Positions 1 through 13,888 of a stretch of DNA of 64,000 bases are shown piece by piece. The position numbers and the translations under genes are program-made. This stretch comes from Eledone cirrhosa. Its lineage: Eukaryota. The notes below the pieces were generated by a model. That model was not told the origin of the DNA and ran no database searches. It saw nothing but the letters and a program-made list of their open reading frames with translations. The DNA is taken from contig OZ024740.1 of the NCBI GenBank assembly GCA_964016885.1, positions 395,002,001 to 395,066,000 of the forward strand, in the 5' to 3' direction. Each line of letters opens with the position of its first letter. Position 1 is the stretch's first letter.

Positions 1-247
1 AGTGAGACGAGTTGTGGAAGAGCTTGTCTCACAAATGACAGCCACATCGGTTCACCGGTCAGGAATACCTGGAGATGACGTAGCCTCAGCGCATGTTTGC
101 GCATCATCAGCCATGGCATGCCCAGCCCTCCGTTAGAAGGGTGTTGACAGCAGATGGATCTCCTCACCAATGGAGCCTGTTTCTTCCAGAAGAACTTGAA
201 GAGTACGCGTTCCATTTTGGTAAGGTATTCGCGAGGGCAAGGCACGA

Positions 248-248
<1 letters not shown>
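1..248 (-). mobile_element. 5'-truncated L1/Tx1-clade LINE ORF2 fragment (post-RT region), running off the window start
   Basis: Minus frame reads FVPCPREYLTKMERVLFKFFWKKQAPLVRRSICCQHPSNGGLGMPWLMMRKHALRLRHL, the F-x-W...GGLG-x-P pattern after the RT of L1/Tx1 ORF2. Its 5' end abuts a (GATA)n tract. Confidence 0.75.
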
Positions 249-329
<81 letters not shown>

Positions 330-348
330 TGATTGATTGATTGATTGT
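248..348. repeat. (GATA)n microsatellite grading into (GATT)n
   Basis: Directly visible. Confidence 0.98.
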
Positions 349-1464
349 TCGTCTGGTGTAGATAGCTTCATTCACGAGGAGACTTGAATTTAATCATGTT
401 AGTTAATGAAATATTTGAGAATTTAAATAATGTTGATGTTGCTTGCAGTGATGAGTTGTTCTATTCTGAGGGGTATATTCTCAATTAGATTGATATGACT
501 ATTCAAGTGCTTAATATATTGGACACGCACGCACACACACACGCTCTCACACACACACACAGACACATATACACTCACACACACTCTCACACACACCCTC
601 ACATACACACACACGCTCACACACACTCACACACAAACACGCGCACAATGACGCAAACACACGCCTGCACACACACATACAGTCGATAACCATGTTCTAT
701 AATGTGATGCAAGGACACAGCGTACAAAGGCCCGGGTATTTTCTGAAATCACAGAAAATATGTGCATCTGTTAAAGTGAGAAAGAGAGAAAGAGGGGGAT
801 AGAGAGAGAGGGAGATTGGGGTTATCAGAAAAAAAAAAGAATATTATCCGTTGCCAACAGACAGGAAAATGTCTTTCCTCCCTCTGCCTAACTTGGAACA
901 AAATCAGAATTGTTCTGCATGTCATAGCATTCGTCAACTTGTTTCCAGAAGTAAGCAATTCATTATCATTAAACATAAGCATTGGATGACGGTTTCGTAG
1001 TTTTTCATGGATTTCAAACATAACAGATTAATTGCATTACCATGCCTTTAGAACTTTCTCGATTCGGTAACGCTCCATACTAACATCCAATGATAAAAAC
1101 AAAAATAAACAAAAATAAGAAAAATAAAGAAAAAAATCAAATTTTCCTATAATCCCCGTTCTGAAAAAATTAAATACTGTTCAGGATACCTTTATCGACG
1201 CCCCATAACCTCTACTAATTCGCTATAGAACTGTAAAGATGTCCCATCTCCTCACTAACCTCACTGACCAATTGGTAGAGAGTTAGGAGCACCTGGCAAC
1301 AATTCAGATGTTATTGTCAATCTATTCTTGTCCCACGGTGGCCCGTAACTTGCCATTGTCCACCTACCACTACCCTTCTGTTGACCGTTAATCATGTGAT
1401 AATTCTTCCATTCGAAAATATCGCTGGTAGCGGATAACTCAGAAGGATTTTTCATAATTGAGAA

Positions 1465-1544
1465 GTTCACTGAAGAGCTGAGATTTCTCACAGTTCTCAG
1501 ATATTCAGATTACTGTTATTACTCAGTGAAACTGCAGTCGGGAC
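1465..1544 (+). ncRNA. Type I hammerhead ribozyme motif with palindromic helix III
   Basis: gttca-CTGAAGA(1470)-stem II gctgag/ctcagt-GAAA(1528)-ctgcag-TC^-gggac. Helix III ACTGCAGT is palindromic. Stem I has one mismatch next to the core. Confidence 0.7.
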
Positions 1545-2895
1545 ATCGACATAAATAGGTAAAAATTCCTTTCTTATCTTATTTACTTTTCCCAAATATG
1601 ATTTTACTATGCTCTGATAAATTGCTGTTTATTAATTCCTTCATTGAGCAAAACTGGTATTGGTTGGACTCCCTCATATGTATGTCTATACTTGTGTATA
1701 ATATATATATATATATATATATCTTGTGTACTAAGTACGAATACCCCCCCCCACCCACCCACCACTACCAAAAAGGAAACACTCTAAACGTGTGTTTGTG
1801 GTTTGTATGTGTGTGTGTATGAATACATATGCATGTACGTTGTATAGATATGTATGTACACACACACAGAGATACACACACATACACACACACACACACA
1901 TACACACACATACACACACACATACATTCACACAGCATATCTTGAATTGTATATAATTTTCCATTTTCCTTTACAAACTGCAAGAATTTGACATTTAACC
2001 AATTGAACTGTTTACCCATAGAATTAGCATATAAGTGGCTATATATTCCTTAGATCAGTCTACCCTTAACTCTAATCCTCACGTAGTTTCAATGTGATGC
2101 CAGGTGTGAACAGACGAGGCATCGGAATTACAAATATAATGCATCTGACGGGCTTCCACATAATTTCCATCTACCCAATTTCACTCACAAAACTTAAATC
2201 GACCCGATACACATACAATCAGCAAAACATAGCAATAAAAATGAATTATTTTGCTGGTTTCATTTATTTGATTATACTGCGTTGCCTACTTGAATGGTTT
2301 CGTCGATCATATCGACTCCACAACTTATTTTAACCAGTTACTTATTTTATCGATTTCTATTTGTCGAACCACAATATTATTACATGATAAAAGATTACAA
2401 TCATAGACACATGCCCCCCCCCCCACACACACACACATACGCGCGCGCGCGCGCAACGTGCTTCCATATAGTCTCTTCCTTGCCAATTTTACTTGGTATT
2501 AATCACTGCAAGGCTATAGTAAATAGTTTTCGAAGGAACATGAAAAGCACGAGATTGAGAATAACCTTTCTTAACCACATAGTAACCACTGCGCATGTAT
2601 TAAACAATTATATATTGATGGAGTTGTAAACTAAGCACCCTCTCAACAAAATTGAAAGAAATATCATTTTGAGAATCTGATCTATGTGATTACAAAGCAC
2701 TTCTTTTTTAACTACACCTAGACCTATATTAAATTATATATATTTCATATATCATAAAACAATATATATTGGTGGGTATGGTTTTTTGTTCAGAATAGTT
2801 TTCTTCAAATGTTAAACAGAAATGCGAAAACATGAAAAAAAAGAAAAGACAAAAAGTTAAAGATTAGGAAGTATGCTTATTGCATCCCTCTATCA

Positions 2896-3066
2896 TCTAT
2901 ATACTACTAAAACTCCGCGATTGCTTGCTTGTCTGTAATGTAATACAGCCGAAAGGGCGCATAATGGGAAAATACTTTGAAATGGGAATACAATTGAAAT
3001 AAAACATGTTTCGCGTAAATCGGAGAACGGGTTCCCGAGATATCGGGGTTTTCCGGGTACCTTCAT

Positions 3067-3135
<69 letters not shown>

Positions 3136-3590
3136 AGGACAGAGAGAAAGAGATAGTGGTTGGGAGAGAGTAGGTTGAAAGAGAGACATATATATATATA
3201 GAGAGAGAGAAGGAGAATGAAAGATAGAGAGAGCTGGTGGTGTTGTTGTGTGTGTGTATATGTGTGTGTGTGAGTGCGTGTGTATATATATATGTGTGTG
3301 TATATGTATATGTGTGTGTGTGTCTATGACCAGTGTATATAGATTACAGACACTCACATATATACACGCATAGATACATATATATATATGTATATATATA
3401 AATATGTATACACACACACACATTTATATATTTCCACACACACACGTATATATATGGGCCTTCCAATTTCATATCACATTAGATACATGTCTGTGTATAT
3501 TTTAATTATTTAAAAATTATTTTTAAGTGAACATGATTTTTTAAATATATTTTGAAGTGAACGTGACACAACGGGTCACGGGTGGTCTAG
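2896..3590 (+). mobile_element. Non-autonomous Helitron with internal (GA)n/(TG)n
   Basis: 5' A|TCTATATACTACTAAAAC; 3' hairpin cgtgac-acaacgg-gtcacg followed by CTAG|T; no TSD. Confidence 0.75.
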
Positions 3591-3933
3591 TATATTATAT
3601 AGGTATTGCATAGTAATATACATTTTACATATATATTGTATACATATTTCAAACACATTGAATGGCTTGTTATTGATAGAGTATCTTTGTGCTATTTCCT
3701 TTTATAGTGAGTTATTGAAATACAAATAAAATTTTAAGTAAAAAAAAAACTGTCTGTTACAAATACTATTAATATTGTGACTGAAATAATTGTATTTATA
3801 CAGGATTGCTATAATTCTTCTTCATAGAATTGGCGACCAATTAATTTTTGTTTATTTCCAGGGCGACACCGGGTGAACTTCTTTTATATGCCACCATACC
3901 AACCCACATGTATAAGTATGATATGTGTGTGTG

Positions 3934-4004
<71 letters not shown>

Positions 4005-4559
4005 ATACGTTAAAGTAATTAGCGTGTTTGTTGTGTATATTATTACCGTCTGAGTAACTTTCAGCCCAATCATTTAACAGTCTGTTTCTCCTCTATTGTT
4101 ACCAATGTAAAAATGTGACAAAGTTGACTGATTCCATATTATTACTCTTTACAATAATTTTGTTTTTTCACTTCGCTATTCAACATTCACCTCTTTTATT
4201 AATCCGATTGTAGAAGATATGGAACATAGATTTATCTGTTTAATAAGTAATTCAACTGCACTAACATAGAATGGCTTTTTATAACTAAGCTGAAGATCAT
4301 CATCATCACCACCATCATCGTTATAATAATAACATTGCTTTCAGTTTTCGTTTTTAATGACAAGCCGAATTGTTATAACCAATCTAATGGGCGGTGAATA
4401 AAGATCATTAGAGCGTATGACACAGAGCCTCCTGGTGTTAATAAGTTTTGCTCCATTGAAATTTCTGAGTTTGAATCCCACTTTCGTTGACGTTGCCTTT
4501 TATCCGTCGATAGAGTTGGTGATATAAGTACCAAGCATGCATTGGCGTCATCTTAATCA

Positions 4560-4753
4560 CAGACCTGCCAACCTCTGAAAACCCCGACGGGGAGTACCAT
4601 GGAAAAAAGTGCGCCGAAACAGGGGAAAATGAGGCAAATGGGGAGATTTTACACAATGAAAGCTATACCCATTTTCATAAGAGAAGACATCTTTCAACCA
4701 CACCAAAGTGAGTGGGAGATCTCCCCGTCTGACGGGGTAAGTTGGCAGGTCTG
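4560..4753. mobile_element. hAT-type MITE (copy 1)
   Basis: TIRs cagacctgccaac/gttggcaggtctg; homologous, inverted, to 52911-53105. Confidence 0.8.
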
Positions 4754-6563
4754 TAATCGACTATACTCTACCAATTATAATGTGTGTTCTTGTTAGAAAA
4801 GGCTGGTGGATTTGCAGCATCTTTAGAACATGGGACAGGATGTATTGAGGTTTTTGTTTTAGTTCGTTGCACTCTCAGTTCAAATTTAACTTTGCCTTTC
4901 GTCCTTCTCAGGGTCAATAAAATAAAGCAACAATCAAACACTGGAGTCGATATAATGTTCCCCTCCTTCAAAATGTATTGGTTATATCCATGTAAGACAC
5001 AATATTAATAAATAACGGTAATTTTGTCACAATGGGGGTTCAAAGCGTATTGAATCTAAATATGAAATCATTTTCCCCTTTGGCTTATAGCTTTTGTGAC
5101 GCTATGTTTTTCTCTCCTCTGGCATAATCATCAGATAAAATATAATATATTATAATAATATAACTATGAGTAAAGATATTTGTTGTATTAATTTTTATGT
5201 AAAATTAATACAGTTTATTCTTTTGGAAAGAAGGTTCCTATAATTGTGGCGGGATAAATTTGATCAAAGAAGTAGACAATGCAGGTTGAAAAGCGTTTAG
5301 ATCCGCCCGTTCTGAGATAAGCTGTCTCAGTGTGTGGAGCAGTTTTTAGCCAGCTTGTTTATAAATGCCACAATGTTAACAGCTAGTTTATATTACTCTT
5401 TGTTTGTTTTGCAGCTCTGTTGTGTTTGTGTAAATGCTTTGTCATACGGCAGGACTGTCTAAATCACCATATTTCCTCATATGTAGGAATCTAACTTTAA
5501 CATCCTAGAAACGTAACCTTGTGCCACTAGTAAAAAATTTCTTTGAAAATTATTTGGGATGTAATGCGGGTATCAGGCCAAGAAATAATCCCCTCACGTT
5601 TGTTTTGTGACACGTGTAATACTATTAGCAGGATGGCTAAACGGTTCACGTCCCATGATCTTTGCTATTCCAATAATTTTGAGGGAACCCAAAGATCACC
5701 AACAGACTTATTTCTGCTTAGCAAGTACAAACGAATCACTTCGGAAAGAAAGAGCTTAATTAAATACCATAATCTACAGTGGGACCAGTTCCTCCACAAT
5801 GTTCAAGCGCGTTAATTTAGGTAATGAGGAATCAATCGAAGCTGAACCATATCCCGAGGCAAAAGGTGAAAGTAAGTCTGCTCCAACATTCCAGGCTACC
5901 TGTTCTTCTAATGTGCCACATTTACTGTCATACGTAGATATGAATGACGTAGTTTGTGGTTTTAATTCAACTAAATGGCAAAGTGGACTTCTATATTCAA
6001 GATTAAATGGTTAAAATCTCCTATAAAGTAAGACTAAAGTTTGTGTGACATGCAACTGTTCAAAGAATAGTTTTCCAATGAAAATGAACTTGTGATTTGT
6101 AATGATGTTAATTACAGGAGCACTTGGTCATGATCAAAATATAGATGAACAGTGATTATTTAATGATTTCTCAAACGTCAGCTTGTAAGCAATCCTTCTT
6201 CAAAATAAAAATAAATATCATTCTATTCCAATTGTCATACAACAACCTGAAGCTGCTTTTAGAAAAGGTTCAGTATCAGAATTATAAGCGGACTATCTTT
6301 GGATAACTGAAACTCATTGCACATTACATTTGGTAGGACGTTAGCTATATTACGTCAAGTATCGTTGATTTTATGTACGTGGGGAATAAGCTACTTTCAA
6401 TGGAATCGGCTAAAACGTACCTCGCTTATTCCAGACAGGAAATACATTTGAAACTGCTTACTTGGTGACGATGAGAAAGTGTTCTTTCCTATTTTGAACA
6501 TCAAGCTAAGTATTGCAAAAACAAAAACAAAATAAAAATGTTAAAACGTTAAATCATAAACTG

Positions 6564-6623
6564 GAGACATAAATTTTCGAGACATAAATTTTCGAGATAT
6601 AAATACTCGAGACATAAATTTTC
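6564..6623. repeat. 15-bp tandem repeat x4 (gagacataaattttc)
   Basis: Directly visible. Confidence 0.9.
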
Positions 6624-9600
6624 CCGGATCAATTATAGAAAGATTAATGAAAGCATATTATATTTTTAGGTCCTATATCACAAATATTTCTATCATGGAA
6701 AAATTTTACCAAAGCAACTGGTGCCGCACTACGTTTTCTCAATGCTAATGGAATTTTAAGGGAGATATATCTGAGATAAAGTATTATAGAAAATAAAACC
6801 AAACTACTTTTTAAACGATAGGCATGTCATTTCGATCGTATTTTAATAAAAGTATAAGATTACAGTGTGTTGTTTTAATCAAATTGCATGTCATACAAAA
6901 CCTCAACCAGTTAGAAAAATATTAACTTATCTGAATTCAACACCAAAATATACTTTGAGGTAGATGTGTTCTGTTTTCATTGTAGTTTAAGCGGACATTT
7001 AATTTTGGCCCGACAATCCATATGCCTACAAAACCTATCACGTGATATCGTTGATAGCCATGCTTCTCTCTACATCGTGTCTCTTTAACTGACTCTTTGA
7101 GGAGCGGATAACAAACGTAAACTGATGAAAGGAGAGTTGCCAGGCTCTCCCATCTCTCTACTAACTGGGCAATGTTGCCAAGTGATCATCCACTCTGATA
7201 CTCTATAGTGTTTAAATAGGGTGTAAACAGCTGTGTCATATTAGACAGTTGGGTGTCAATTGGACAGCCTCTGCGTAATCACATAGTTTCGGGTTCGATT
7301 ATACTGTGTCACCCTGGGAAAGTGCTCTCCTCTATAACAGAGTTGAACTTAGCTTAGTGGATGAATTTCGATAGACGAAAGTTGTACAGAAGCTAGATGA
7401 GCTATACCTATCCTTGGCATCAGACTTAAATTTTTTCCCGACTAAACGCAGTATTTTGGGTTCTTTTATTAATTCCAACCAGATTTCCCAGTTGGGAATA
7501 ACCCCTGCCTTTTCTTCCTCCATTCTCCCCAACCGTCCGAAGTCCTGCAAAAACTAGGGCATAAAAATATTTTAATATAACTGAATAACATTTTTTTAAA
7601 ATATGACAACAATGTTTTTAAATAATTTCCGGGGAAATGTATATACAAATGTTTTTGTTTTGATTTGATTGTTTTTTTGTTTGTTTGTTTGTTTTTTCGT
7701 TCAGTTAAAACTACACGAATAATGTCCAGCGTTTCTTTGTTTCGAGTGTTTGTCGAAACCTCTTATCATCTATTCAAGAGCCATCATTTGATCAAAAGCA
7801 TTCCAGTTGTGACTATCCCATATTTTAATTGTATCTAACACCACATTATTTAATGTGTCCTTCCCCCTATTATTTTTATTTTATTTCAAAGATTATAATT
7901 TTGCAAATATTTGTATTCAGCTTCTAGCAAGTCAAGTGGCCGTGTAAAGACTGACTTCTTAATTCCTTATTCTTATATTTACTAGGGCTGCTGTTTCAAC
8001 AGTAACAATCTCATACATCAAAAGTAAATAGTCACGCGTTATAACATGATGTACAGCAACATCCAGTAGGCAGGATTAACGGCAGATTTTCATTTGAGAA
8101 ATGTTCATCCACACGAGAGCTGTAGTGAGAAAGAAGTGTAAAAAAAACTACACTAGATAATTTTTCTTCCAAAACAATTTTTTTCTCCGCTGTTTATATC
8201 TTTCGTGTGTGTGCATTGCTTAAATATGTGAATAGTTTCCCAAGAAACAGCACTGTATTATATCACCTGGAACCACGTTTCCTGTGAAGCTAACTGTGCA
8301 TGTGCCTTATATATATGGAGACATTTAGACTCTAGGCGATCACTTGACGTGCTAAAAATAACAGCCAAATTTCCCTCATCACATCCCATAATAATTGTTT
8401 CTACTTTTGGCATAAGGCCAGCAATTATCCCAGTGCATTACTGGTATTTTATTTTATCGACCCCGTAAGGATGAAAGGCAAAGTTAACCTCGGCGGGATT
8501 TGAACTCAGAATGGCAAGGGCCGTAACTCTATGCGTCTACCGATACTGCCGCCAAATATAATATCGTTCACAATTTCCAGTTTTTGATTATGCATTATTT
8601 CCCTTAGAGCAGAGAATATAAAGGGGGATAATAGCAATCTTAATCTAAACTAAAAACAAAATTATCGTAATTATTCCCCTTACAAAAAATCTCGTAACAG
8701 AAATGGTTAAAATGACAAATGTTATTTTTATTTAATCTCAACTAGCCCTAACCGAATAGAACTACAGTCAAAAGTGATCTAGCCATGACCATCCCATGAC
8801 GTAGAGTAAACAACAAAAAGTGGTGGGGGTATACTCTATGTGGTTGTTCTGCTTGCTAGAAATAGCAGCTGAATCACCCTCATTTCTAACCCCTATGAAT
8901 GAAATTTGGCCGACGGAAAGTATGTGGTAGCATGTCTGTATGTGTGTATGTGCGCATGTGCTTATGTTTACTGTTTATGTTTACTGTTTACGCAGTGATT
9001 CGATAAAGAAATAGATAAAGTAAGTTACAGATTTCTAAATATTGGATTAGGGTCGATATGATCGACTAAATCCCTTCAAAGTCGTTCCCCTGCATGGTTG
9101 TAGTCTAATGAACAAGTACGAAAATAAAAGAAAATACGAAAGCTTATTTTGATATTGCACTGAGATAGGATATTTAACACTATTTCATATATGGATAGCC
9201 ACTTTCAAGGGAAATAACTCTGTACATCTTTATATATTGTTGTTATTTCGCTGTTACGTATCCTTTTGAACTCGAGATGTAAAATGTAAATTAGAATGTA
9301 CATAAATATTGCAAGACATTTTATCCCGTACCCTGTCAATTCCTCCATTAACGGCTCTACCGACAATGTATATATTTTTGGTTAGTTAATTGCTTCAAGT
9401 GAAGGAGGCAATCAAATCTCGCATTACATTACCGGTACTTAATTCATCATTGGAGGAAAGCAAAATCCAATCAAATGCAGTGCCATTTAAATTCAGAGGG
9501 TTGAAAATAAACACGATGAAATCTTTTAGTCAAGTTTCGGAGCTGTACTTGTTTGGCAAATATCTTGATTTGAAAGGCTTTTTATAAGAAGTGAAGCAAT

Positions 9601-9709
9601 TACATTGTGAAGAAGTCATTTAATTATAATATGAATACACATAAAATATATTCGTTCGTTAGAATGACTCTTCAACGATGTAATCGATCTAGTCAGCATG
9701 ATGGTCAAA

Positions 9710-10420
9710 TTTCTAGAAATTCCTGGCATGTTAGTACTACCAGAGAGCTCTGCCGGTTCGAGACAAACTCTACAGGGACGGTTAGACGGTCAGGCGGAGC
9801 TGTCCGAGATGGGCGCAGAGCGACGAAACTGTTCTGCGCGCACACGTCCAGTGTCTGGGTATTGCCTTGTGGAGTTTTGTCGAATAGCTAGTGTCTCGTG
9901 TAGGAGAGATCCGGCTATCAGCCGACGCCATCATGAAGATGCCCCCCATCCCCACCCCCACCCACACACACACTTTCTTTTAGAGGACAGGCAGCTTTTG
10001 TCATGAGTCCGTGGCAAAAGAAGTGTGGCAAAACAGACACTTTCCTCTTCGGTCACGCTCTCATTATCTTTTTCAAGTTCCACTTGGAAAGGAAAGTGCG
10101 GGTCGAGAGAGAAATGTTGCCTCTCAGTATGTTTGTTAAAATGTAGTTGAATGTAGCGAGGACGGTCCAAGTGGATGGGCCAACTCTGACCATACGCCTG
10201 TCGGGTGGAGAATTTCGAGAGTTGAGGGGTACCTTCCTATGGTGCTCTTGGAGATTAGGGTGTTTTAGAATCTGTGTGGTTCCTACGATACCTTTCGTTG
10301 GTGAATTTATTATTGTTATAATTTTGCTCTGTATTGTTATCTGTTGTATTTGTTTACACGTTTTGAATTTTCATCTTTTTGTAAATCCCTACTGTCTTTG
10401 TCTTTTGTATTATTCTGCAT
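9710..10420 (+). mobile_element. Decayed 3' end of an L1/Tx1-clade LINE (zf-RVT region, C-terminus, 3' UTR)
   Basis: Reads YYQRALPVRDKLYRDG*TVRRSCPRWAQSDETVLRAHVQC (LPxRxKL...CPxC...ETxxH...C) and later FFKFHLERKVRVERE...LNVARTVQVDGPTL; T-rich UTR follows. Confidence 0.75.
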
Positions 10421-10523
10421 GGTCGCCGAGGTTAACTTGGCCTTTCATCCTTACGGGGTCGATAAAATAAAGTACCAGTAATGCACTGGGTGATTGCTGG
10501 CCTTGTATCAAAAGTAGAAACAC

Positions 10524-10569
<46 letters not shown>

Positions 10570-10640
10570 GGCGGTGGATTGGCAGTATCGGTAGCGGGCC
10601 AGACGCCATGCTTTGCAGCATAGAGTTACGGCGCTTTATG

Positions 10641-12682
10641 GTCTGAGTTCAAATCCCGCCGAGGTTAACTTTGCCTTTCATTCTTACGGAGTTGATAAAA
10701 TAAAGCACCAGTAATGCACTGGGATAATTGCTGGCCTTGTGCCAAAAGTAGAAACAATTATTACCTTTTACTCTTTCTTATAACTATACATCATCAGCAT
10801 ACAACTGATTGGATATTCTATGTGGACGTTCAATCTGTTATAAATAGCAGTTAAAAATCCCTCATTACATTCTAGGATTATATTATCTAATATCTGATTA
10901 AGAAAAGGATAGAGCTGTTACAGCTGTTAGCTCGTGGCTGATCTTGAACTAAAAAGCACTAACAAACACGTCACGTCAGATGTACACTGATGCTAATCAG
11001 ATGTCAGATGTACACTGATGCAAATCACTGGAATACTCTCACAACCCACATTTTTACTCAGGAGCCGACGACCTTCAGAGTTTGATGCTCATTACTATCA
11101 ATTTCATTAAATTGGAATGCCCATCTAAAGTCATTAGTATGCACTTCCCCTTCTCTTTTGACTGTTTTATAAATACAAAAAGAGAGTAAAATAACTCGTC
11201 TAATTCATAGTGATGGGAAATGTATTGATTCAATATTTCACATTAGACTGTATATATTAGCAAACGGGAAGAGCTAAAAAGAAAGAGAGGGAAATGAATA
11301 AAAATAAGGTAGGACGAAATAGGTGGGAGCGGGGTGGTAAACTCTACACGATTTTGTCTGGACGATACAATAGATGTTCAATAACTAGATACTTTTGATA
11401 AGATAGAATATCCTGTGCTGATGAAAATGTCTGACATTCCCAGCGAAACACTTCCTGAACAAAAAATCCTTTTATCTTTTATTGTTTATGGAATAAGTGA
11501 ACAGATAGTAGGCGGCAAATTGGTATCGTCGTTAGAACATCGGATAGAATACCTATTTGTTCATGTTTTCTGAGCGTTTACAAATCTCAGTACAGTCAAG
11601 TTTATCTTTCATCCTTTTGTAGTCGGTAAAAAAAGTACCAGCCAATGGCAATGGGTTGGTGAATTGTTAGAGCGTTTGACAAGATGCCTTACAGTATTTG
11701 TTCCGTCTTTTTTTATTTTTGCATTCTGGCGTCAATGCCGGCACCGATTCTGTTGCCCAACTGTCGCAGATTTTGCTTTTTTCTATTGGTGGCGTGGAGA
11801 AGAGAGACTTGCTACATGGGCAACTGCTGGTCTTTCATAAATAAAACCTTTTCTAGGCCTGCGCCCTGGTTAAGAACATCCCATGCACAGAGGCATGATT
11901 TCACGATACTTACGGAAATCCCGGATAAACATACAGGTTTGCTGAATGTACGTATTTGAACGGAATAGGAGAGAAGAGTGTTTGAGGGAGGGAAAGAGAA
12001 CTTGACAAATAGAGTGCTAGGAATTCAGTGATGAGAGTAGTAAAGTGAAGTCTCGGGAGACAAGGCCAGAGGTAATTTGGAAAAACTAAAATCCAAGTGT
12101 GGATGTGGAAACATTAAAAGGTTATCATGGCAGATAATTTCATTTTATAATTGATGCAGCATAGCTGAATAGTTAATAGGTTTGTTTCGCAATCATAAAC
12201 GCCAGAATTCGATCCACCTGAGTGGTATATTTGACAAGTGTCATTTACCATAGTTGGAAGCCTATCGAATGAATTTTACTTGTACTTCAAATGTCCCGTC
12301 TTGTCACACATTCTCTCGTGTAGAATTGCCCTGAGAAATACGTGCCTGTTGAATGCTCAACCACATGTACGTTAATTTCACAAACCGGCCGTTTCGTTCA
12401 TTAGAAACCTAGAACATTCGTTGTGGAAACCGAGGGAAGTCTCTTCTGTTAGCTATTTAGACTGTGTCAGCTCAAATCCCGCCGAGGTTAATTTTGCCTT
12501 TCATCCTTATGGGGTCGATAAAATAAAGTACCAGTCACGCACTGGGTCGATTTAATCGACTTTCCCTTCCCCCCAAATTACTGGCCTTGTGCCTATATAA
12601 GAAACCATTATTACCTTGGATTGGCAGTATCGGTAGAGGGTCGGATGCCATGCTTTGACGCATAGAGTTACGGCCCTTTATG
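10641..12682 (+). repeat. 2.04-kb inverted, circularly permuted copy of 13889-15925
   Basis: 10641-12473 is the reverse complement of 13889-~15710, and 12469-12682 is the reverse complement of ~15711-15925. Only scattered substitutions and three indels seen. Confidence 0.95.
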
Positions 12683-13888
12683 ATCTGAGTTCAAATCCCG
12701 CCGAGGTTAACTTTGCCTTTCATCCTTACGGGGTCGATAAAATAAAGTACCAGTCACGCACTGGGGTCGATTTAATTGACTTTCCCCCTCCGCCAAAATT
12801 GCTGGCTTTGTGCCTACATAAGAAACAATTATTATTAGGGCGGTGAATTGGCGATATCGGTAAAACATCGTAAAACATGCTTTGCGGCATGTAGCTACAA
12901 CCCTTTACGTTCTGAGTTCAAATTTCACTGAAGTTAGTTTTGCCTTTCATCATTACGGGGGTGATAAAATACAATATCAGTAAAGCACTGTGGTCGATTT
13001 AATCGACTTTTCCCCTCACTTCAAATTCCTGTCATTGTCACAAAAGTAGAAATACTAATTATTTGTAAAATCTCTGTTAGTTTCAAAGCGCTAAATAGTT
13101 TATGAAATATTGATTCTCCAGACACCGACATATTAAATATTGTTGTCCTGGGAATGTGAAAAAAAACCAAAAAAACAATAAACGAATATCCCTTCTTTCA
13201 TAAGTCTGCTCCATGAGGGTTGACCTGGGGTTAAACAACTATCACAAGGGTAATACTGACGTTTGCTACGCTAAATAAGTTGATAATTTCCTTCCAAATC
13301 CGCCATGATTCCAGTTCTTGTTTAGCCTAGTATTTCATTAAATTAATTCATTTCACCTAAAAACAAAAATTGCGATATGTTTAGGGAACAGAAAAGAAAA
13401 TAGGAATTTATAACGTGTATTACTTTCCAATAAACATCTGCTAGATAAGTAAACTGAAATGATATGAAACAACATGGAAGAGGAGTCTATAAATAGGAAG
13501 CTGTGATGTTTATGACTTTCTCAAGGACATTGGTTAGTTAAATGAGGTGAATTGGTTCGATACGAGAGTACAGTGGAGTTGAAACATTAAAACACCAATA
13601 AACTGCTAGAGTCGATTTAATTGATTAAAGTGAACTTCTGCCGAAGTTAGAATTCAATATCAAATAATTGTTTGTACAGCTCGACTGTAAATTCTGTCAG
13701 GAGAAATATTTGTCGCTTGAAATCAAGTCACTGCAGCTGCTACTATTAGCAGATAAAAATAGCAGCTAAATCCTTATTATATCGCAGAAGAAGAGCTGTA
13801 TTGTATAGTGTAGTCCTAGATACATTATACCCGAAAATGACTGGATGATCATGTTTAGAATGTCTTTGGCCATAGGCCTGTCCGACCG

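Noticed and set aside
1261-1491. 76-aa ORF faintly like a receptor ATD-LBD linker
   Set aside because: All frames are closed just upstream, there is no usable acceptor, and it overlaps a plus-strand hammerhead.
5090-5145. Minus-strand CTGATGA...GAAA...GTC
   Set aside because: No stem II or helix III pairing.
11414-11460. ctgatga...gaaacacttc (and its mirror near 14915-14955)
   Set aside because: Stem II does not abut GAAA and stem I does not pair.
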